This document shows positions 8,780 to 16,312 of a DNA stretch of 50,343 nucleotides, one piece after another. The translations under genes and the position numbers were made by a program. The DNA is taken from contig JBAYHY010000004.1 in the NCBI GenBank assembly GCA_041665885.1, positions 1-50,343 of the forward strand, given 5' to 3'. The number at the start of each line of letters is the position of its first letter. The stretch's first letter is position 1. Below the pieces are notes generated by a model. The model had not been told where the DNA came from, did not search any database, and was given only the letters and a program-made list of their open reading frames with translations. The stretch is from Minisyncoccota bacterium (GTDB lineage Bacteria; Patescibacteriota; Minisyncoccia; Phycocordibacterales; UBA9973).

Positions 8780-8889
8780 GAAAGGTGCAAAAGTAGTTTT
8801 AAAATGGCTACGGAGGCCGACGGGCCGAGTCTTGAGCAAAAATTCACCAGAATTTTATGCGGACATTTTAAAATTGCTTTTGCACCTTA
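8780..8889. repeat. Long imperfect inverted repeat between the two tRNA-Thr genes
   Basis: aaggtgcaaaag-tagttttaaaatg ... catttttaaaattg-cttttgcacctt. Confidence 0.7.
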
Positions 8890-8894
8890 TTGCT

Positions 8895-8970
8895 TGGAGC
8901 CGTTGATCGGGATTGAACCGATGACCTCGATATTACCAATATCGTGCTCTACCAACTGAGCTACAACGGC
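8895..8970 (-). tRNA. trnT: tRNA-Thr(GGT) with encoded CCA
   Basis: GCCGTTG/CAACGGC acceptor, CGATA-TTGGTAA-TATCG anticodon arm, ends TCCA. Confidence 0.96.
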
Positions 8971-9033
8971 TTATTTGTTTAAAAAAAATTAAGCCCTTAT
9001 TATATTAGTTTATTTTGACCAATTTTGCAAAAA

Positions 9034-9579
9034 CTAATTTTTTACGGAAACCGTTAAGGAGAATCCACCATCTTCGGCATTAAAAACCATAAACAAATCG
9101 TAAGTTCCATTGTTCATTTGAAGCATATCAATATTCGCATCAGAAAAACTTATATTTTTCCACCCTTTTGATTCTAGCAATGAATGATAGGCATTGAAAT
9201 CATCTTTAGAAACATCTGTAGCCGCGACTTGCCAGCCATTGTTCTCAGAAGAAATCGACGCGGCCATGGTTAATTTTCCGGCAGTAAATTCCGGAATGTC
9301 GCTTGGCATATTAGAAGGCCAACTCGTCGCCTCTCCCGCGCTGAAACTACCCTTATCACTTTGTATCGAAACAGAACCGTCTTTTGAATTTATATTGACA
9401 TTACCGCCCAGCTGTTTTTCCAAAATATTTTCTGCCATCCTTTCTCCTGCTTTTCTGCCCCAGAATCCATTTACCACAAAGCCGACAACCAAAAGGGCAA
9501 TTATAGCAATAATTATAATTTTTTTATTTTTAGATAAACCACAAGCTGTTCCTTCTTTTTTTGTATTTTCTTGATCCAT
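9034..9579 (-). CDS. Membrane-anchored extracellular hypothetical protein
   Basis: N-terminal TM followed by polar domain; 181 aa. Confidence 0.75.
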   Translation of the reverse strand: MDQENTKKEGTACGLSKNKKIIIIAIIALLVVGFVVNGFWGRKAGERMAENILEKQLGGNVNINSKDGSVSIQSDKGSFSAGEATSWPSNMPSDIPEFTAGKLTMAASISSENNGWQVAATDVSKDDFNAYHSLLESKGWKNISFSDANIDMLQMNNGTYDLFMVFNAEDGGFSLTVSVKN

Positions 9580-9611
9580 ATTTTTTATTTAATTACTAAT
9601 AAAAGATTCAT

Positions 9612-10097
9612 CTATTTATTAAGTTCCATCTCTGCCCTTTCTGCTAAATCAATAACAATACCTATTTCTTCGGTTGTTAGTTTTCTTGGTTTGGTATCTT
9701 TTATACAAAAAACGCCGATTGGCTGACCTGTTTTGTGGTCAAAAAGAGCAATTCCTGCGTAAAACCGAATGAATGGAGCACCGATAACCATCGGATTATC
9801 AGCAAAACGTTCGTCCTTTGAGGCGTCTTCAATTATAAAAATATTTGTTGCCAGTAATGCATGACCACAAAATGAGGCGGCGCGAGGGCCTTCCTTTTTG
9901 TCATAACCAATGCAGGATTTGAACCACTCTCGATCAGAATCTAGAATGGTAACCATGGACATCGGAACCTTTAGTCTCTCCACCGCTTCACGAGTGAGCA
10001 CATCAAACCGCTCTTCGGGCTCGGTGTCGAGAATAGCCAGCCTGTGGACCGCTTCGATTCTCTCTTTTTCATTGGCTGGAATTGGTGCTTCTTGCAT
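9612..10097 (-). CDS. Stand-alone GAF-domain protein
   Basis: EKERIEAVHRLAILDTEPEERFD...SFCGHAL...DERFADNPMV...IRFYAG...GVFCIKD. Confidence 0.88.
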   Translation of the reverse strand: MQEAPIPANEKERIEAVHRLAILDTEPEERFDVLTREAVERLKVPMSMVTILDSDREWFKSCIGYDKKEGPRAASFCGHALLATNIFIIEDASKDERFADNPMVIGAPFIRFYAGIALFDHKTGQPIGVFCIKDTKPRKLTTEEIGIVIDLAERAEMELNK

Positions 10098-10157
10098 ATA
10101 TTAATTATATAGATATCTACTCACAAAGCAAGATAGAAACAAAACTCCCCAAATAAA

Positions 10158-10553
10158 CTAGAGTAAATTTAATCTTTCTTTTATCTTTTCCACGATTTCA
10201 TCCATGGTTTTGTCCACCTTTATGAAATAATACGTCGGTTCAAGCTTTGTGATATCTTTATTGCGCTCTTCGTCAGCGCTTGAAAGATTTGTTAAAATAA
10301 TTACCGGCACACCTCTACCCCAAGTGTCTTCTCGCAATTTTTTTAACATCGTCATCCCGTCCATTTTTGGCATTAAAAGGTCGAGTAAAATAAGGTCCGG
10401 ATGCTGACTTTTCGCTAAACTCAACCCTTCCTCACCATCATAAGCCACCAAAACACCAAAGCCCTCGGACAATAATTTCTCCTTTATGGCCTCCACTAAC
10501 ATTTTTTCATCATCAACCACCAACATCAAAACTTTTTTATTCAATTTAGTCAT
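10158..10553 (-). CDS. Single-domain response regulator (receiver only)
   Basis: VVDDE, PDLILLDLLMPKMDG, ILTNL, IK. Confidence 0.92.
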   Translation of the reverse strand: MTKLNKKVLMLVVDDEKMLVEAIKEKLLSEGFGVLVAYDGEEGLSLAKSQHPDLILLDLLMPKMDGMTMLKKLREDTWGRGVPVIILTNLSSADEERNKDITKLEPTYYFIKVDKTMDEIVEKIKERLNLL

Positions 10554-10564
10554 ATTTTATTAAT

Positions 10565-12340
10565 TCATTTTTTAATTATAGTAAAATAAAAAGTGGTTCC
10601 AGATTTGACGCTCGACTTGAGCCAAATAGAACCTCCGTTCGCTTCGATTAATTTCCTTGTAATATAGAGCCCGAGCCCGCTTCCGATAGACCTACAATTA
10701 AGGCCGCTACACCCATGTATAAATTTTTCAAATTTATTTATTTTACCAATGATCAACGGATCGATAGCCCCCTTGCTGTGCACAGAAAACAAAAAATTAT
10801 CTTTCTTTTCCTGAGCTGAAATAGTAATACTTGAAGAACCTGACTCGGAGTGGTTAATCGCATTATCCAGTAGATTTTTTATGGCTTCACTTATCAAGGT
10901 CGGGTCACAATAAATATTTTTTATTCCCGGGGCAATGTTAATTTTTATTGTTTTTTTATTACTTTCACTTGAAATTTTCAAAATATCTACTACTTCATCA
11001 ACTAATTCTTTGATTTTGACCCATTTTTTAATCACCGCAACTTTGCCCGTATCAACACGAGCGACATCCAGCATTTTGTTGACTATATGTATTAATCTCT
11101 CGTTCGATACCGTCAATTTATCAATTTTTTCTTTTTGCTCTTGACTTAAGCTTTTATCCTCACCCATGGTTTCTAGTACCCATTTTGTTCCCGAAAGTGG
11201 AGTCCGCAATTGATGGGAAGCTAAAAATATAAATTCGTTCTTCGCCTGCTCCAATTCCTTACCTGCAGTTATGTCCTGAATGGTGCCAATCATTCTTACT
11301 GGTTTTTTCTTTTTATCCAAATATTCCAATCGCCCTTTCCCATGCACCCAGAGCGTAACGCCATTGTTTTGCTTAACAATCCTATATTCCTTGTCAAAAT
11401 TAAACCCCTTCCCCAATACTTCCTTATAAAAATAATCTTCCATCATTTTTCTATCATCCGGATGTATTACTTTTAACCAACCCATAATTGAGCGAGAATA
11501 TTTCTCTCCAATTCCAAAAATTTTGTCCAAAACTTTTGAACTAGTCCAATAACCACTTTTAATATCTAAAACATAGCTGCCGAAATTCGCAATAACCTGT
11601 GCGTTTTCGAGTAGGCTTTCCTGTTCCTGTATCTCTTTTTCTATTTTTTTTCTTTTGGTTATGTCACGAAAAGACCAAACCCTAGCGACAGGTTTACCAG
11701 AAACACACATCGGGCTCGAAAATCGATCAAAAACCCTTCCGTCTTTAAAACTTATTGAATCATGAATACGCACAGTCGGGTTTTCATAAAGTTTTTTGAC
11801 CTTCTTCATAAACAAAGCAGGTTCAACTAATTGCCCTTGAACAAACTTTAATAACTTCTTGTCGTCTCTGGAGACGAGAATTTTATTCGGAATATGCCAA
11901 AGTCGAACGAATCTTCGATTTGCTTTCAAAACTTTTCCCTTGTGATCAATAACTAGAAAACCGCTATCGCTCGTTTCGACGATAGATTCAGTAAGCGAAG
12001 CCGCTCTTCTTGCTTCCTCTTCATTCTTTTTAAACAACTCACGTCTTCTTTTTTCTTTTTTTTTCGCAACGAGAGCAATCTTCCATGCGATTTTCTCTAG
12101 TTTACGCCTGGCACTTTCTTTTTCTCTAGCAACCAATGCAAGTCTTCTTGCAATTTTTATTAATCTGAGTTTGGCAATTTCTTTTTTTTGAGCAACTAGT
12201 GCTAACTTTTTTCCTTTTTCAATCAACCTCAAAATTACTTGTTCTTTTCGGGCAACGAGTTTTTTTAATTTTAATATTTGTTTTTCTAACACGAACGAAC
12301 CCTTTTTCCTTTTCATGGTTCTAGAAAAACACATATACAC
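10565..12340 (-). CDS. Cytoplasmic PAS-PAS sensor histidine kinase with basic N-terminal coiled coil
   Basis: HisKA ASHQLRTPL, N box NLLDNAINHS, G2 GSGLGL; two PAS-like segments; no TM; exact start uncertain. Confidence 0.88.
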   Translation of the reverse strand: MYMCFSRTMKRKKGSFVLEKQILKLKKLVARKEQVILRLIEKGKKLALVAQKKEIAKLRLIKIARRLALVAREKESARRKLEKIAWKIALVAKKKEKRRRELFKKNEEEARRAASLTESIVETSDSGFLVIDHKGKVLKANRRFVRLWHIPNKILVSRDDKKLLKFVQGQLVEPALFMKKVKKLYENPTVRIHDSISFKDGRVFDRFSSPMCVSGKPVARVWSFRDITKRKKIEKEIQEQESLLENAQVIANFGSYVLDIKSGYWTSSKVLDKIFGIGEKYSRSIMGWLKVIHPDDRKMMEDYFYKEVLGKGFNFDKEYRIVKQNNGVTLWVHGKGRLEYLDKKKKPVRMIGTIQDITAGKELEQAKNEFIFLASHQLRTPLSGTKWVLETMGEDKSLSQEQKEKIDKLTVSNERLIHIVNKMLDVARVDTGKVAVIKKWVKIKELVDEVVDILKISSESNKKTIKINIAPGIKNIYCDPTLISEAIKNLLDNAINHSESGSSSITISAQEKKDNFLFSVHSKGAIDPLIIGKINKFEKFIHGCSGLNCRSIGSGLGLYITRKLIEANGGSIWLKSSVKSGTTFYFTIIKK

Positions 12341-12360
12341 TACTTATACTATTATAAGTA
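12341..12360. promoter_or_regulatory. Perfect 8-4-8 inverted repeat overlapping the kinase -10 element (operator-like)
   Basis: TACTTATA-CTAT-TATAAGTA. Confidence 0.5.
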
Positions 12361-12390
12361 TATCCCAATTAAATCGAAAATTTTACTACT

Positions 12391-12399
12391 TTATCCACA
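12391..12399 (+). promoter_or_regulatory. DnaA-box consensus
   Basis: TTATCCACA, intergenic. Confidence 0.5.
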
Positions 12400-12419
12400 G
12401 TCCCTAATATTTACTGATT

Positions 12420-12770
12420 TTACTGAAAAAGGTGAAAATAAGCAGTAACAGCAATAAAAGCAAGAGCCAACACAAAAAATATGCCCAATCCGAGAATAAT
12501 CGCTTTATGTGGTCCGATTTTAGGAGCTAAGTAAATAATGGCAATCATATACGGTATCCAGGAAACAACGGTGCCCCAAAGGACAAACTTCGCATGCTGA
12601 CTGACTGCGAGTCCTCCTTGAGATTGACCGATAAAAACATAGGAGACCAGAGTAAAGACCGGGACAAGCGTCGCTAGCCCTGACCACAAACGAAAACCGC
12701 TCTCCTCGAGAAAAACAATCAACGCGGTAAATAATCCACCGGTTATAAAATAAATAAGGAGACTCTTCAT
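12420..12770 (-). CDS. Four-TM membrane protein (DUF3147/GlpM-like)
   Basis: Four hydrophobic helices; GL.TLVPVFTLVSY pattern. Confidence 0.6.
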   Translation of the reverse strand: MKSLLIYFITGGLFTALIVFLEESGFRLWSGLATLVPVFTLVSYVFIGQSQGGLAVSQHAKFVLWGTVVSWIPYMIAIIYLAPKIGPHKAIILGLGIFFVLALAFIAVTAYFHLFQ

Positions 12771-12789
12771 AATAATAAAATAATTTTTT

Positions 12790-13017
12790 CTATAGCTGTG
12801 GGTTTTCTGGACTTGAGCTCGTTTCCTTGATAGTACTCATGCCGAATAATTTATATAGACCACAAAATCCGGAAACTCCCGTGAAGAGCATTATAAGGGC
12901 CAACACATAAAATACGGCCTGCCAAATTCCACCGAGCCACCAAAACCCGACGACAAAAAAGACTATCGCCAATATAATTCTTACGATACGATCCAAATTG
13001 CTTTCATTTTTTTTCAT
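12790..13017 (-). CDS. DUF2892 (YgaP-like) membrane protein
   Basis: NESNLDRIVRI...TGVSGFCGLYKLFGMST. Confidence 0.85.
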   Translation of the reverse strand: MKKNESNLDRIVRIILAIVFFVVGFWWLGGIWQAVFYVLALIMLFTGVSGFCGLYKLFGMSTIKETSSSPENPQL

Positions 13018-13112
13018 ATTTTTACTTTTTTATTAATAATAATTCCCCAAAAACCCTCGGCCTAAAACCTACTATTATTTTACCATTAATATCTACAGCA
13101 AGCACCCTAAAA

Positions 13113-13141
13113 AACAAAAATCCCAGGCAAATGCCTGGGGG
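13113..13141 (-). terminator. Intrinsic terminator
   Basis: CCCAGGC-ATTT-GCCTGGG followed by ATTTTTGTTTTTT. Confidence 0.8.
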
Positions 13142-13187
13142 TGGCGAAACATGTTCGCCGATAGCGAGGCCTCTCGGCATCTCCCAC

Positions 13188-13379
13188 CTACCGGGGAGAT
13201 CCTTCGCAGGCCTCTTTGGACTTTTGGTTGAGAAACTCCTCGTTAAGCCGAAGGACCAGATCAGGCTCCTTCAACCCGAACTCCTCGGCAGTTTCTTCCA
13301 AGCTGTTTCTCAATTCCCTGAGGGTGAAGGAACCGAACAAATCTGTGAACAGCACCCGGAGAAAAGCGTTCTTGTCCAT
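13188..13379 (-). CDS. GC-rich orphan acidic peptide, 63 aa
   Basis: AAAGGAGG SD; TTGACA-N16-TATAGT promoter at about 13447-13474; terminator. Confidence 0.65.
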   Translation of the reverse strand: MDKNAFLRVLFTDLFGSFTLRELRNSLEETAEEFGLKEPDLVLRLNEEFLNQKSKEACEGSPR

Positions 13380-13496
13380 TTCGTCAACCCTCCTTTTTGG
13401 TGGTCCTCCTCAGTCCCCAAAAAACATTACAAATAGTTCTTTTATACTATACTACATCTGGTATATATGTCAAACATAATGACTAAAACGAATATT

Positions 13497-13724
13497 CTAA
13501 AAATTTAAAAATAAAATAGCACTTAATACAAAAGCAATAGTAAAAAAAATAGCCCCATAAAAACAAGGAGTGAGAAAAGGATTAACAACCTTATCCCCGT
13601 GCGCACAGCCCGTCGGACATATTTGGTGTTTTCTCCATGCGACAAACTCAACAATAAAATTACCCCAAGCGAATAATGTTCCCAACAATAAAACAAAAAA
13701 CTGATACATTATTATTTTTTCCAT
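13497..13724 (-). CDS. Small two-TM protein with three Cys in the loop
   Basis: QICPTGC...TPCFYGAIFF; leaderless-type promoter. Confidence 0.65.
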   Translation of the reverse strand: MEKIIMYQFFVLLLGTLFAWGNFIVEFVAWRKHQICPTGCAHGDKVVNPFLTPCFYGAIFFTIAFVLSAILFLNF

Positions 13725-13754
13725 ATTTATATTATAGCAATTATTCTATAAACA

Positions 13755-13780
13755 AAAACAACCCCGAACGGGGCTGTTTT
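13755..13780 (-). terminator. Intrinsic terminator after the 35-aa peptide gene
   Basis: AAAACAGCCCC-GTTC-GGGGTTGTTTT. Confidence 0.75.
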
Positions 13781-13786
13781 TAAAAA

Positions 13787-13894
13787 CTACTGAGCTGGAG
13801 TTTCCGGGGTTTCTACTTCCGGGGTTTCTGGAGTCGTAGGAATTTCTACTTCCGGGGTTTCCGGGGTGTTTGGAGTGGTTGTTTCGTCTGACAT
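13787..13894 (-). CDS. 35-aa Thr/Pro/Glu repeat peptide MSDETTTPNTPETPEVEIPTTPETPEVETPETPAQ (not in ORF track)
   Basis: ATG 13894 to TAG 13787; TG-A-TACAAT promoter near 13960; terminator directly after the stop. Confidence 0.6.
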   Translation of the reverse strand: MSDETTTPNTPETPEVEIPTTPETPEVETPETPAQ

Positions 13895-14052
13895 ATTATT
13901 GTTAGATTAATGATAAATACACTAACAAGCCAAGCTGACTAAGCGCTGGCTACTGATTGTATTGTATCACAAATATAAAAATCTTGCGCAACCGAGCGGA
14001 CGAAGTTGGAAGTAGAATAAGGCAGCATAACGACTGTATTTATATACCAGGG

Positions 14053-14562
14053 TTAAGAAATAAAAGTATTGATTTCAATTAATAATACTTCTGGGGTTTT
14101 TACAGTATCTACTACTAACTCTCCTTTTTCTGGTATAACTTCCATATCCTTATAATTTTCCTTCATTTTTTCAAAGTTTGTTATTAGTTGGTTAGGTTTT
14201 GGATTTTTAGTTCGTTCATTAAAACGTTCTGCCCATATTCTTTCATCGCTACAAATAACAAGTATTGAGTTTAATTCAACTTCTTTTTCTCCACACCATT
14301 TTTTGATAATAGAAAAATGTTCAATTGAGTGAAAAGGAAAATCAATAATAAACGAACAATTAGTTTTTATATTACTTTCTAGGATTGCATAAAGCGAACC
14401 ATAAGAGATTTTATTTCTTACCTGATGACTTTCTATAAATTCTGAAACTACATCATAAATATCATCTTTTCTTAAAACGGGAATGCCAGTTTTTTTAGAA
14501 AGAATATTTGAAATTGTGGTTTTGCCTACTCCAGGACGTCCTCTAAACAAAATAATTTTCAT
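14053..14562 (-). CDS. P-loop kinase-like protein (AAA_33-like), AT-rich
   Basis: GRPGVGKTT Walker A, FIIDFP. Confidence 0.8.
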   Translation of the reverse strand: MKIILFRGRPGVGKTTISNILSKKTGIPVLRKDDIYDVVSEFIESHQVRNKISYGSLYAILESNIKTNCSFIIDFPFHSIEHFSIIKKWCGEKEVELNSILVICSDERIWAERFNERTKNPKPNQLITNFEKMKENYKDMEVIPEKGELVVDTVKTPEVLLIEINTFIS

Positions 14563-14604
14563 AAAGTTATAATATCACAGTTCAAACCTAGCCAATTGGC
14601 AAAT

Positions 14605-14859
14605 CTAGATAAGGTAATTTGCTAATTGTTTTTTAAGATATCTCCTTCCCGAACCGCTTTTCAGAAATCTTTCCCTGCCTTCAGCATCTTTTTTGTTTAT
14701 ATATCCTTCGCAGTAAATTACTTTCCAAGTTTTATCACCCGTGGTCGTTTGACAACCGTGACCAGACAAATGCTCTTTCAATCTTTTCTTTAAATCAGAA
14801 GTATAGCCAATATACCAACTTTTATCTTTTTGATTTTCCAAAAGATATGTCCAAAACAT
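14605..14859 (-). CDS. Small GIY-YIG nuclease
   Basis: TYLL...WYIGYTSDLKKRLKEH...DAEGRERFLKSGSGR. Confidence 0.9.
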   Translation of the reverse strand: MFWTYLLENQKDKSWYIGYTSDLKKRLKEHLSGHGCQTTTGDKTWKVIYCEGYINKKDAEGRERFLKSGSGRRYLKKQLANYLI

Positions 14860-14877
14860 ACAGACATTATAGTCCCT

Positions 14878-15010
14878 GTCGCGTAAAAGCTAAAGCTCAC
14901 GCGACGCGCGTAAACAAAAAAAACACCATATGGTGTTTTTTTTGTCACACAGCTTCATCCCTTTTGGGGCGAAGCCGCGTGGCAAATGTTAAGCATTTGC
15001 TTTACGCGGC
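14878..15010. repeat. Four stacked hairpins between tRNA-Asp and the GIY-YIG gene
   Basis: gtcgcgt/acgcgac (14878-14905), perfect 30-bp palindrome (14915-14944), gcttc...gaagc (14952-14975), gccgcgt/acgcggc (14974-15010). Confidence 0.8.
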
Positions 15011-15083
15011 GCGACCGAGCGGATTTGAACCGCCAACCTCCCGCGTGACAGGCGGGTGCTCTAACCAGTTGAGCTACGATCGC
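15010..15083 (-). tRNA. trnD: tRNA-Asp(GTC)
   Basis: GCGATCG/CGGTCGC acceptor, CCCGC-CTGTCAC-GCGGG anticodon arm. Confidence 0.96.
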
Positions 15084-15130
15084 AACATTTCTATTATACA
15101 TAAAATCGTATAATTTCAAAGCTTTTTTTG

Positions 15131-15203
15131 TGTCGGCGGCAGGGAGTGCGCCTGCGACCCCGGGCTTATGAGTCCCGTGCTCTACTAACTGAGCTACGCC
15201 GAC
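15131..15203 (-). tRNA. trnM: tRNA with CAT anticodon (probably elongator Met) with non-canonical D and T loops
   Basis: Fully paired GTCGGCG/CGCCGAC acceptor, CTCATAA loop; T loop CGCACTC, D loop AGTTAGTA. Confidence 0.85.
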
Positions 15204-15245
15204 ATAATAAAGAATATAACAGAAAAGTTATCAAAATAAAAGCTT

Positions 15246-15923
15246 TTAGGTGTTTGATATGTGGTCTATCGCCCCAAGAATCTTGTTTCTAACACACGTG
15301 CCCTTTCTTACTTTCACCCTTAAAATACCTTTGTATTTCCCCATGTCTTTTAAAGAAGCCTTTTTGAGATTTGTTTTTATATAAGTAGTTTTTGAAAATT
15401 GTTCTTTTTTGATATTTAGGAAGTTTATCCAAAACAATTTTATGTTACTTTCTTCCCTCCTGAAAAATTCATTCAAGGTGAGCCGAAAAATCAAAACATC
15501 CTTTTCTATCCTCCACAACTTTAACCATTTAAAGTAAAAACGCATCATGTATGGGTTGCTATTTGTGAAACCGAACTCGCCGTTTTCGTATTTATATCCT
15601 TCTCCCCAATACAAACCAAGGCCAATCATCAAAATATCTCTACTTGACAATTCTCCCACGGCTGTTGCTCCCTCTCGTTTTTGCAAAATATTTCTTGAGA
15701 TCCTCTCTCTTCGCTTCAACTCCGAGTACTTTAAAAGTCCTCTGACAGATTTAATTTTTCCTTTCGTTTTTATTTTTTTTATTGCGGCCCCCGAGAGAAG
15801 GACATCTTTGCACCAAAAACTAAGCGTTGATTTGGCAATGTTTAGTTTTTTGGATATGTCACCCAGGCTTTCGCCGTTTTTCCTCATTTTTATCGTCGTC
15901 TCTTTTATGTGTGGATAGTACAT
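15246..15923 (-). CDS. N-terminal HTH plus LAGLIDADG-like domain protein, free-standing
   Basis: GESLGDISKKLNIAKSTLSFW HTH; GLGLYWGEG.K...FTNSNP motif. Confidence 0.7.
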   Translation of the reverse strand: MYYPHIKETTIKMRKNGESLGDISKKLNIAKSTLSFWCKDVLLSGAAIKKIKTKGKIKSVRGLLKYSELKRRERISRNILQKREGATAVGELSSRDILMIGLGLYWGEGYKYENGEFGFTNSNPYMMRFYFKWLKLWRIEKDVLIFRLTLNEFFRREESNIKLFWINFLNIKKEQFSKTTYIKTNLKKASLKDMGKYKGILRVKVRKGTCVRNKILGAIDHISNT

Positions 15924-15960
15924 AAGGTATATTGTAATCTATGTTCAGTACAATAACAAC

Positions 15961-15989
15961 TTGCATCTTTAATGAAGTTGGTATAAAAT
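15961..15989 (+). promoter_or_regulatory. sigma70 promoter of tRNA-fMet
   Basis: TTGCAT-N17-TAAAAT just upstream of the tRNA. Confidence 0.6.
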
Positions 15990-15998
15990 ACCTTTTAT

Positions 15999-16307
15999 AG
16001 CGGGGTAGAGAAGAGGCATCTCGTAAGGCTCAGCGGTAAATATGGGCCCCCTCTTGGGAAACCTGGAGGTGTGCACTCGTCAAATTCGGAGAAATCCTCC
16101 CTGCCGATTGGCAGAAAGACAATTCCGAGCTAAATTCTCTGAATGATATCAGAGATAAATGTGTAGAGACTAGATGACGGGCTCCTTAATCTATAATTAA
16201 TTTTTTAGAAAGGAGATGGTATAGTCCAGACCACAAACAGAATGGTAGTGAAAACTATAGTGGTAAAGCATAACCTTAAGACCCACGTTCGATTCGTGGC
16301 CCCGCAA
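15999..16307 (+). tRNA. trnfM: Initiator tRNA-fMet(CAT) split by an intron (exons 15999-16030 and 16269-16307)
   Basis: Spliced 71-nt cloverleaf: A1:A72 mismatch, A11:U24, TAAGG-CTCATAA-CCTTA, CCACG-TTCGATT-CGTGG. Confidence 0.92.
16031..16268 (+). ncRNA. Group I self-splicing intron (IC3-like), 238 nt, no ORF
   Basis: 5' exon ends in U33, intron ends in G; IGS UAUG-GGCC (16041-16048) pairs with both exons; P3 CTCGTCA/TGACGGG, P7 GACTA/TAGTC, P4 TTCGGA/TCCGAG. Confidence 0.92.
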
Positions 16308-16312
16308 CAATT

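Noticed and set aside
8558-8906. Plus-strand ORFs 8558-8746 and 8682-8906
   Set aside because: Antisense to prfB and tRNA-Thr
16031-16268. Homing endonuclease ORF inside the intron
   Set aside because: The 238 nt are taken up by core helices and short peripheral stems; no ORF
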